Source: a virus. Taken from it: DNA of 64,000 nt. The stretch is from IMG/VR virus record IMGVR_UViG_3300045303_000182, positions 1-64,000 of that record. One strand, 5' to 3'. The translations under genes were made by a program, and so were the position numbers. The notes beneath the pieces are model-generated. The model saw only the letters and a list, made by a program, of their open reading frames with translations, was not told the origin of the DNA and did not search any database. Shown piece after piece: positions 1 to 7,324 of the stretch (its first letter is position 1; each line of letters begins with the position of its first letter).

Positions 1-308
1 TTGCCTTGGAAGCCGCCGCGGACATCAACCTTGAGTACTTCCTTGTGGCCCTCGGGGTTGCCAGTGCCACCACCCCACACTGAGAGGGCACCAGCAAGCT
101 GCTTGGCCGGTCGGCCACCGGGGAGCACCGAGTCAGGCTTGCCGATGCGGCGCGCCGTGACGTTGCCGTATGACTCCTCTAGAGCGAAGCGATCCTTGCT
201 GCCCTTGGGCTGGTACACCTCGTTGCGCGTGTACTTCTGACCGGCACCGCGTCGCTCGTCGCGGAAGTCACCGAACTGACCGAACTGGACGTGCTCATGC
301 GCTGCCAT
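1..308 (-). CDS. Putative GNAT-like protein (3' end runs off the window)
   Basis: My translation: MAAHEHVQFGQFGDFRDERRG...HKEVLKVDVRGGFQG. It is not in the ORF track. The end resembles GNAT motif A (V-x-V-x3-Q/R-G-x-G) but is cut off. Confidence 0.5.
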   Translation of the reverse strand, partial: MAAHEHVQFGQFGDFRDERRGAGQKYTRNEVYQPKGSKDRFALEESYGNVTARRIGKPDSVLPGGRPAKQLAGALSVWGGGTGNPEGHKEVLKVDVRGGFQG

Positions 309-444
309 CAGGAGCCTCGGCAGTGGTGGGCGGTTCCGGCGTCCCGCCCACCGTCTCCGCGTTCGCCTTCTTGTAGATCGTGATGACTGTTCCAACGACG
401 ACGGCGATCAGGAAGAACAGCAGGAGCCACAGAAGGATCGGCAT
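295..444 (-). CDS. Small single-pass membrane protein (49 aa)
   Basis: MPILLWLLLFFLIAVVVGTVITIYKKANAE...; TGATG overlap with the upstream gene at 444. Confidence 0.65.
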   Translation of the reverse strand: MPILLWLLLFFLIAVVVGTVITIYKKANAETVGGTPEPPTTAEAPDGSA

Positions 445-707
445 CAGCGGTGCTGCTTGAACTGGGTGCTGTGGCGGCTCTTGCCACCGATCTTCCCGGC
501 CTGCCGCCAGCGCGGACGCTGGTCGTTGCCAGGGGTCGGCATGCAGATCGCAGCCTGGCCGCTGCCCTTCATCAGGTGCCCACCCTTCTGCTGCGGGTCA
601 CACACCGAGCCACCACGAACCATGTTGAGCGGCATCGGTGCGTCGTGCGACTCCGGTCCGACCTGACGGCCTGGGTGGTTGCCACGGTCTGGCGGCGTGT
701 TCGCCAT
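444..707 (-). CDS. Hypothetical protein
   Basis: 87-aa ORF; TACGAT -10-like box 8 nt upstream of the ATG; coupled to the downstream gene. Confidence 0.65.
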   Translation of the reverse strand: MANTPPDRGNHPGRQVGPESHDAPMPLNMVRGGSVCDPQQKGGHLMKGSGQAAICMPTPGNDQRPRWRQAGKIGGKSRHSTQFKQHR

Positions 708-943
708 AGGTCGAGATCGTAGTCCCCGTATCGGGCTACGGCGAGAACCTGCTCGTCGTGCGCCTCGAGCTTGCCGGCGAGCTCAATCCCGTTGCCCCGG
801 CCAGATCAGGAGGAGCACGAAGAACGAGATGAGGGTGACAGCGGCGAGGGTGCGCTCGGGGTGGGTGAAGCACAGGATGCGTCATCGTGGCACCTGGCTG
901 TGTCAGCCTGGGCATACACGCGGGCTAGTACCGAGGAGCGTTC

Positions 944-1108
944 ATGGACCTTCATCCGCTGGTGCGGCATGAGTGGGCAGACGACCACCGGCTCTCAGAG
1001 CGGTCGTTGATCTGGATTCACGACAACGCCGACGAGGGAGACCCACAGCCTGTGATGACTGCGATCGAGCAGCTACGAGCGGAGAGTGCCCGTTGGGAGA
1101 TGCCGTAG
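944..1108 (+). CDS. Small hypothetical protein (54 aa)
   Basis: GAGGAG RBS then MDLHPLVRHEWADDHRLSERSLIWIHDNADEGDPQ...; below the ORF-track length cutoff; 3' end overlaps the convergent gene. Confidence 0.4.
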   Translation: MDLHPLVRHEWADDHRLSERSLIWIHDNADEGDPQPVMTAIEQLRAESARWEMP

Positions 1109-1288
1109 GTACTCGGCAGCGCACTCGACGCAGTAGAAGCGTGGGCCGGGGAACTCGTCCCACATTGTCGTGACCTCGACCTCGGCCCCGCGCTGACACA
1201 CTCCCCGCGGCGTGTAGCCGAACTCCAAGTAGCCCTCGGTCCGCAGGAACTCCTGCTGTTCCAAGCTCAGGCCGTTCCAGCACGCCAT
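1073..1288 (-). CDS. Small Cys-containing hypothetical protein
   Basis: MACWNGLSLEQQEFL...RFYCVECAAEYL; alternative start at 1306. Confidence 0.6.
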   Translation of the reverse strand: MACWNGLSLEQQEFLRTEGYLEFGYTPRGVCQRGAEVEVTTMWDEFPGPRFYCVECAAEYLRHLPTGTLRS

Positions 1289-1335
1289 GTTCCACCAGCC
1301 ACGCATAAGTGTGTCACTCTATCTGTTCCAAACAA

Positions 1336-1353
1336 GTTTCTGCTAGCAGAAAC
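1336..1353. promoter_or_regulatory. Perfect 18-bp palindrome (candidate operator) between divergent genes
   Basis: GTTTCTGCTAGCAGAAAC is its own reverse complement; it lies just upstream of the TATCAT -10 box of the gene starting at 1369. Confidence 0.5.
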
Positions 1354-1368
1354 CGGTATCATGAAGAC

Positions 1369-1938
1369 GTGACCTACCACCCGAATCTCCAGCCCTTCCA
1401 AGGCGCTGTGCCCGAGCCGCAACTGGCTCCGCAGGCGTCCACCTACTACCCCGGCGAGGGCACCTACGCCCTGATGGAACTCAAGCGCCGCTGCGAGACG
1501 ATGTGGCTCGGCTGGGTCGCCTACCGCGCTGGCAAGAACTACTACGCCCTGCACCCGAACGTCGAGGACGCGTTCATCCACGGAGCGCACGCCGCGCGTC
1601 GCTGGTTCATCTGGCTGCTGTTCACCAAGGTCTGGCTGTTCAGCCTCGGCTTCCTCGGCTGGATGCTCTGGCTCCGGTTCCATGACATCCGCGGCGAGTC
1701 GTTCCAAGAGGCCGTGGGCAACACAGGCGACATGGGCATCGTGATCCGCAACCTGCTGATCTTCCTGCCCCCGGCGTTCCTCGTCCTGCTGGTGACCTAC
1801 GCACGCAACGTGGACTTCTCACTGTTCCAGCGGCGGGCGCTGTACACGCTCGTCAAGCCGCTCGTCGTCGTGCTCGACCGAGTGCCAGTCGGGTTCCTGT
1901 ATCTCATCGTTCTCTTCCCGCTGTTCTTCCCCTTCTGA
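1369..1938 (+). CDS. Multi-pass membrane protein
   Basis: Three hydrophobic stretches in the C-terminal half; likely GTG start at 1369, 6 nt after TATCAT. Confidence 0.75.
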   Translation: MTYHPNLQPFQGAVPEPQLAPQASTYYPGEGTYALMELKRRCETMWLGWVAYRAGKNYYALHPNVEDAFIHGAHAARRWFIWLLFTKVWLFSLGFLGWMLWLRFHDIRGESFQEAVGNTGDMGIVIRNLLIFLPPAFLVLLVTYARNVDFSLFQRRALYTLVKPLVVVLDRVPVGFLYLIVLFPLFFPF

Positions 1939-2007
1939 GGTTGCCCTTCCCCTACCGGGGTATGACACTGCTACGTTGAAGAGTCATAACCCGGCAGGAG
2001 AGGATTC

Positions 2008-2484
2008 ATGGCTGAGCGACTTCGACAGTTCGACTTCACGGCGCAGAGCGCGATCACATCGGCAGAGAGCAAGGGCCGAAACCGCTACCCGTGGACCGAC
2101 TGGTTCGACGGTGACATCTGGAAGATCACCCAGGGCGAGGACTTCGACACGTCCCCCTTGATGATGGAGCGGATCATCCGCACCCGCGCGTCGAACAAGA
2201 ACCACAAGGCGAAGGTGACACTTCGCCACCTTGCCGCGCTCAACGGCGACGCCCCGGCGATCGTGCTGCAGCGCACCGACATCTCTGGCCCCTCGGTGTT
2301 GAAGAAGGCCGAGCAGGCTGAGAAGCGAGCGGCGAAGAAGGCCGAGGCCCAGGCGGCTGCTCAGGAGACGTTGCAGAAGGCCGGTATCACCCCGAAGGCA
2401 TCACCGACGAAGAGGCCGATCAGCAAGCGACCGGCGAAGAAGGCACCTGCCGTGCCGAAGCGTCGCGCTGCTGCCGTCGCGTAG
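2008..2484 (+). CDS. Hypothetical protein with Lys/Ala/Pro-rich histone-like C-terminal tail (possible DNA binding)
   Basis: RYPWTDWFDGDIWKITQGEDF core followed by KKAPAVPKRR-type tail; AGGAGAGG RBS. Confidence 0.75.
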   Translation: MAERLRQFDFTAQSAITSAESKGRNRYPWTDWFDGDIWKITQGEDFDTSPLMMERIIRTRASNKNHKAKVTLRHLAALNGDAPAIVLQRTDISGPSVLKKAEQAEKRAAKKAEAQAAAQETLQKAGITPKASPTKRPISKRPAKKAPAVPKRRAAAVA

Positions 2485-3143
2485 TGGGCCTGACCGGTTC
2501 GGTCGCCAAGCATCCCGCTCAGTACAGCCCCGAGATTCTCGCTGTACTGGCTGATCTGATCCACCCTGGCGAGCACGTCCACGACCCGTTTGCGGGCCTG
2601 GGCGTGCGCCTGGGGGCGCTCTGCGACCGCCTCGGGGTCGGCTTCACCGGCACCGACATCGAAGACTGGGAGGGCAAGGATCCGCGCGTGGTGCTCGGGG
2701 ACTCGACCCACTTCCTGACCTACCCGATGCGCTCGTCGTTCACGGTGGTGACCTCGCCGGTCTACTTCGGCAACCGCATCAGCAGTGACTACGTCGAGGG
2801 GCCGCGGGAGACGACGAAGCTGAACGGCCGGCGCTCCTACGGCATCTCACTCGGTCGTGCGCTCGACGCGAGCAACGCTGCGCGCGTCTGCCGACCGAGC
2901 CAGAGCGACGAGTACTTCAAGCTCCACGCCGAGGCGGCGAAGTACTGGGGCCACCGCGCCATCGTCAACGTGGACTCGCCGGTCGAGGAGGAGTGGATAG
3001 ACCTGCTCGCCGTAGCCGGGTATGGATCGATCAGCACTCAGCCGGTGGTCACACGGCGCTACCGAGTGGCCGGTCACGGAGAGCAGCGGCCTGCGGCCGA
3101 AGTCATCATCGATGCTCGCCGCGTCAAGCGCTCAGTGCGTTGA
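2484..3143 (+). CDS. Amino (N4-C/N6-A) DNA methyltransferase-like protein
   Basis: HPAQY, SAM-binding motif I DPFAGLG, and catalytic motif IV variant TSPVY. Confidence 0.7.
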   Translation: MGLTGSVAKHPAQYSPEILAVLADLIHPGEHVHDPFAGLGVRLGALCDRLGVGFTGTDIEDWEGKDPRVVLGDSTHFLTYPMRSSFTVVTSPVYFGNRISSDYVEGPRETTKLNGRRSYGISLGRALDASNAARVCRPSQSDEYFKLHAEAAKYWGHRAIVNVDSPVEEEWIDLLAVAGYGSISTQPVVTRRYRVAGHGEQRPAAEVIIDARRVKRSVR

Positions 3144-3230
3144 CTTCCACACGGCCCACACGAACACGGCCGTGAAGAAGACGACCATGAACCAACCGAG
3201 CGCCTCGAGGGCCTGTACCGCTGAGATCAC
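3132..3230 (-). CDS. Tiny membrane protein (32 aa)
   Basis: MISAVQALEALGWFMVVFFTAVFVWAVWKSTH, directly downstream of the 3248 gene. Confidence 0.4.
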   Translation of the reverse strand: MISAVQALEALGWFMVVFFTAVFVWAVWKSTH

Positions 3231-3247
3231 TTCGTGCTGGTATCGGG

Positions 3248-4654
3248 CTATGCCTCGGCCGAGTCGTGCTCGACCATGTCAGCGTCCTCGATGATGGTGT
3301 CGGACAGGACCGGCACCTCCAGCATCCGAGCGTTGTTGCCCGCCTCGGAGCCAAACAGGCGGCTGATCATGCCCATCGACCCGTCGGCATCCGGGCCGCT
3401 GGCGCTGATGCCGATGTTGAGCTTGGTGGTCTGCTCTTCGATCCGCTTCCAGCCCTCGACCATCTTGAAGAGGCGGTCCATCTCCACGCCGACCATCGCA
3501 TCGGGCTGGCCGTTGACCTGCTCAGCGAAGCTCCCCATCATGATCCGCTGGGTCTGAATCTCGACCAGCGTGCGGAGGAGGGCCTGGCGCTGGTCCTTGG
3601 TGCGGATCACGACTGGGATGTTGTAGGCGCAGGAGTTGCCAGGCTGGTAACTAGGGCACGCGGGGCCGAGCGCACACGTCGAGCACTGCCGCACGCTGCC
3701 GGCGACGCTCTCGATGGTCATGGGCTGCTCTATCTCGTTGCCCTGGTCGTCCTTGATGACCGGGGTGACGGTGCTCATGATGGGCAGAACGGCAGCCGCT
3801 TTGTGCCGTAGCGGAGAGACCGGGTTGGCAACTGTGACCGAGCCGTTCACCCCGTTCGCCGTGGTCGTGGAGGAGCCACTAGTAACTACGATCGGCTGCA
3901 CCTGAGGCGCTGGGACGTGTTCCAAGGCCCTGCCGGTGCTCAGGAAGCGCTCCATGGCGAGCCAGGAGAGCACGGCGAGCTTGGCCGTCTCCTTGGGGTC
4001 GTCCATCAGCACCGCGCTCACATCGGCACCAAGCTCTTCGATCTGCTCGGTGTACCGCTGGCGCTTGAGGTGCTTGTCGTCGCTGTTGAGCCGCACCATC
4101 CGGTTGCCGACCCACACCTGCGTCTCGCCGTGCTTCTGAGCAGCCCACCACGCCGAGGACACCAGGAGATCGAACTTGTCGATGCCCTTCGACCGGCCGG
4201 TCAGACCGCCGAGGGTGCTCATGCGTCCCATGGCGGCGCGCGCCTGGCGCACGGCCAGCCCGTTGTCCACCACAGCGTCGGGGAGCACGGTCCCGTCGTA
4301 GAGCTCAACGAAGTGCCGCAGGTTGCTCGCGTCGTGCCCGTCCCATATCGGCAGGAACATGATGTCGCTGTCGTTGAGCCACGTCTCGGTGGCCCAATCG
4401 AGCGGACCGACCACGGCTTCTGGCTCCGACGATGACCCGCTCAGTAGCTCCAGGAGGGGCGCTACGGGCGTGGAGGGGGAGTCAGCGTAGATGAGCCAGT
4501 CGAGGCCACTGAGGCGACTCTGTGCAGCCCAAGCTGCGTAGTCGCGGGTGTGTCGAGCGAGGTTGGCGACGGACACAGCAACACGTTCGACGCCGCAGGC
4601 TCGCAGCGTGTCGAGATGCGCTTGTGACTCAGCGCCAGCGAAGTAGATCTGCAT
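3248..4654 (-). CDS. Phage protein with possible degenerate TGT/DpdA-like barrel and C-terminal Cys cluster
   Basis: IYFAGAE start; IYADSP and LVSSAW...KHGETQVW at the positions of the DSG and SVDSxxW-RYG motifs; CxxC-x5-C-x8-C cluster. The ORF is solid, the family call is weak. Confidence 0.6.
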   Translation of the reverse strand: MQIYFAGAESQAHLDTLRACGVERVAVSVANLARHTRDYAAWAAQSRLSGLDWLIYADSPSTPVAPLLELLSGSSSEPEAVVGPLDWATETWLNDSDIMFLPIWDGHDASNLRHFVELYDGTVLPDAVVDNGLAVRQARAAMGRMSTLGGLTGRSKGIDKFDLLVSSAWWAAQKHGETQVWVGNRMVRLNSDDKHLKRQRYTEQIEELGADVSAVLMDDPKETAKLAVLSWLAMERFLSTGRALEHVPAPQVQPIVVTSGSSTTTANGVNGSVTVANPVSPLRHKAAAVLPIMSTVTPVIKDDQGNEIEQPMTIESVAGSVRQCSTCALGPACPSYQPGNSCAYNIPVVIRTKDQRQALLRTLVEIQTQRIMMGSFAEQVNGQPDAMVGVEMDRLFKMVEGWKRIEEQTTKLNIGISASGPDADGSMGMISRLFGSEAGNNARMLEVPVLSDTIIEDADMVEHDSAEA

Positions 4655-4660
4655 CAGGCA

Positions 4661-6880
4661 TCAGGCGGCGCTGATCGCTCGCCTCGAGGTCCGCGAGCCA
4701 GACGAGTACATCGGGTTGGTGTTCGGCTGCGGCCCGACGGCGGCGGTCCCCATCGTGTTGGCGAAGTCCATGTAGCCCTGGCCGCTGTTGTCGAACTTGA
4801 AGTCGTCGGGCGACGAGGAGTCAGCGTCGATGAAGCTGTTGTTGTTGGACGGTCCCGGACCGATGGCACCGATCGGCTGCCGCAGCGGGCTGACGTTGGT
4901 GAGGTTGTGGCGAGCACCGCGCGCCTCGCCCATGCGGACCACCGGGCCAGAGTCAAGCTCGGGCCGCTTCGGCTGGCCGGGGTTGAGCGCACCCTCGGGC
5001 TGCTGACCGGCCGACACGGCGTACATGCCGCTCTTGGGAACCTCGGGCGACCAGGCTTCCGGCGCACCCTGCTCGTTCAGGTTGCCCTCACCCTGCTGCC
5101 GTTGCTGCTCGTCGTACGCAGCCTTGTCGTTGCCCCACTTCGCCTTCGCCTTCTGGTACCCGGCACGCTTCGCGGCCCCCTGGACGGACCCCGAGTCGAT
5201 CTTCCGCAGCGGGTCCACCGGACGCCAGTCGTAGTTGGCCTTGATGCCACCGGCCCACTGGCTGCGCGGCCCCTCCCAGAAGTGCTGGCCCTGGGGCATC
5301 CAGTCACCCTTGCGCTTGGGTGCGTTGCCAGGATCCTTGAGCGTCTGCTGTTGCTGACCGCCAGGTGTTCCAGGCGTCCCTCCGGTGCTCCCCGGAGCGT
5401 TGGGCACGGGCTGGAACTGCTTGCCGACGGTGCCCGTGGGAGGAGGACCACCAGCGGTGCCACCAGCACCCTGCATGCCGTAGGGGCTGGTCGCCTGACC
5501 GGCCGTGGCTTGACCGGCCGTGGCTTGACCGGCCGTAGCGTTCGGGCCAGCGGTCTGGCCGCTCGGCAGCGCCGCCTGCGGGAAGTTGGATGCCGGGGCC
5601 TGGCCGTAGGCCGTGCCACCGGGAGGCGTTCCAGGAGGAGTCGCCGCGTACATGCCGGTGGCCGTCTGGCCTGTTCCAAGCGCCTTCTGCTGGCCCTCCG
5701 CGAACGCACCCTGCCGACCGGGCTGGGTGTACATGCCGGTGGAGGTCTGGTTGGGCTGGACCAGACCGCCACTGGTCTGACCGCCCGAGCCGATGGCCTT
5801 CTGCTCGTCGCCGCCGTAGAGGCCCACACTCGTCTGTCCGATATCGGTGTATCCCGAACCAGAGCCAGCACGCTCGTTGACATAGTCAGCGACCTTCTCG
5901 TCGCCGCCGTGATGCATGGCGTAGCCCACCGGATCGGCAGCAGCCTCGACATCACGCCCGACGTTCTTGATGTCCTGTGGCGTGTCGAGGACGTTCTGCG
6001 CCTGGTTGTAGCGGTGCTGCCACTTGCCCAAGCCGCTGTACAGACCTTGATCGACAGCGTTGTTGCCCTCGCCGGCAACCACCCGGCCAGCCATCTGACG
6101 CGCTGTGGCGGTGAAGCCAGACTCGGCCAAGTCCCCGGCGACACCCTCGGCCATGGCGGCGCGCTTGGTCGCCATCATCCCGTAGCGGCTCATGCCGAGC
6201 GATTCACGCGCTGCGCCCTTGACCTCGCTGACCATGTTGAGGCCCTTGTCGAGCTTGTCCAGGCCCTTCGCTTCCTTGAAGGCATCGACGCTGCCGCGCA
6301 CGTCCTGGGCGAAGCGCCCGGTGCGGCTGAGTTGCGTCGCCTCGCCAGCGGCCTCCAGGCCCTCGGCTGCGCCCGACGCTGCCTCACCGGCCTTGACGGC
6401 GGAACTCGCCGCCTCTGCACCCTTGACGACCTCACCGGCAGCCTCGGCACCCTTGACCGCTGTTCCAACCGTCTCGGCACCCTTGGCGAGCTCACCAGCA
6501 GCCTCGACGCCCTTGACGGCGGATGCTCCAGCAGAGAGGGCCTTGGCACCGGCACCGATGGCCTCGCCTCCAACAAGAGCGCCCTCGGCAACCTCACCGA
6601 CGAGTGCCGGCGCAGCAGCGCCGCCCGTCGCCACGGTGAGCGCCAGCAGACCGGCCGTGATCGCCAGGTTCTGCGGCTTGAGTTGGTCCTTGAGCATGGT
6701 GCGGCCGACTTCGAAGCCGGTGTCCCACACCTGTCCGGGGTGCTCGGCCACGTACGCGCCAGCCTTGCCAACACCCTCTGCGATGTCGTCCCAGTGGTCA
6801 GGTCGCGCGACCCAGGCCGCACCCTTGGCGACGTTGCCGACAGCCTCTCCGACGCCGTGTACGAAGTCACCAAGTCCCAT
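4661..6880 (-). CDS. Large Gly/Ala/Gln-rich low-complexity protein with one hydrophobic helix (possible internal virion or ejection protein)
   Basis: 739 aa; VKGAEAAGE and GQATA repeats; hydrophobic LAITAGLLALTVATGGAAAPALVG. Confidence 0.7.
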   Translation of the reverse strand: MGLGDFVHGVGEAVGNVAKGAAWVARPDHWDDIAEGVGKAGAYVAEHPGQVWDTGFEVGRTMLKDQLKPQNLAITAGLLALTVATGGAAAPALVGEVAEGALVGGEAIGAGAKALSAGASAVKGVEAAGELAKGAETVGTAVKGAEAAGEVVKGAEAASSAVKAGEAASGAAEGLEAAGEATQLSRTGRFAQDVRGSVDAFKEAKGLDKLDKGLNMVSEVKGAARESLGMSRYGMMATKRAAMAEGVAGDLAESGFTATARQMAGRVVAGEGNNAVDQGLYSGLGKWQHRYNQAQNVLDTPQDIKNVGRDVEAAADPVGYAMHHGGDEKVADYVNERAGSGSGYTDIGQTSVGLYGGDEQKAIGSGGQTSGGLVQPNQTSTGMYTQPGRQGAFAEGQQKALGTGQTATGMYAATPPGTPPGGTAYGQAPASNFPQAALPSGQTAGPNATAGQATAGQATAGQATSPYGMQGAGGTAGGPPPTGTVGKQFQPVPNAPGSTGGTPGTPGGQQQQTLKDPGNAPKRKGDWMPQGQHFWEGPRSQWAGGIKANYDWRPVDPLRKIDSGSVQGAAKRAGYQKAKAKWGNDKAAYDEQQRQQGEGNLNEQGAPEAWSPEVPKSGMYAVSAGQQPEGALNPGQPKRPELDSGPVVRMGEARGARHNLTNVSPLRQPIGAIGPGPSNNNSFIDADSSSPDDFKFDNSGQGYMDFANTMGTAAVGPQPNTNPMYSSGSRTSRRAISAA
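5496..5540. repeat. 15-bp tandem repeat x3 (encodes TAGQA)
   Basis: TGACCGGCCGTGGCT twice, followed by TGACCGGCCGTAGCG. Confidence 0.85.
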
Positions 6881-6895
6881 GACAGCCTCCTGGCC

Positions 6896-7324
6896 TTAGA
6901 GAGTACCCGATACCTCTGCCCAGGGCCGAGGACTCGCTTCGTGTTGACGCCATCCCACCTTGATAGTGGGGTATGACACAGCGAGCGTGAGCACGCCAAG
7001 CTCGGTGACTCGCTGGAGCACCTCGAGGTCCACGTCGAGCATCAGCCCAACCTCCCAGCCCTCGGCCAGGAACTCCTCGATCTGTCGGACCTTCCAGTTC
7101 GGCCAATCGAGGTACGGCTCTTGTGTCATCACTGCAGCCCAGCCACCGAGGCCCTCGCGCTTGAGCCACCACGCTGCAACATCGGGGTCAGCCTTGGTGA
7201 ACGCGATCGTGCGGAAGTTGAGTGCCAGCCCCTCGTAGAGCGCGCGTCCCCACTTGGTGGGCTGAGCGTTGCGAAGGTCATCGCTGGTGGCGAGGACACC
7301 TTCGATGGCGATGGCAGCGATCAT
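6896..7324 (-). CDS. HAD-fold-like protein lacking the DxD motif
   Basis: IAIEGVL (compare DxDGVL), FT motif II, WK motif III, LDVD motif IV. Confidence 0.6.
   Translation of the reverse strand: MIAAIAIEGVLATSDDLRNAQPTKWGRALYEGLALNFRTIAFTKADPDVAAWWLKREGLGGWAAVMTQEPYLDWPNWKVRQIEEFLAEGWEVGLMLDVDLEVLQRVTELGVLTLAVSYPTIKVGWRQHEASPRPWAEVSGTL

Noticed and set aside
783-885. Hydrophobic minus-strand frame (RILCFTHPERTLAAVTLISFFVLLLIWPGQRD)
   Set aside because: No in-frame start after the preceding stop, so I cannot support it as a gene
4907-6976. Long plus-strand ORFs (689 aa here; also 25028-26446, 21970-23100, 41050-42132, 50659-51777)
   Set aside because: Antisense shadows of well-supported minus-strand genes, as expected in high-GC DNA; no recognisable motifs
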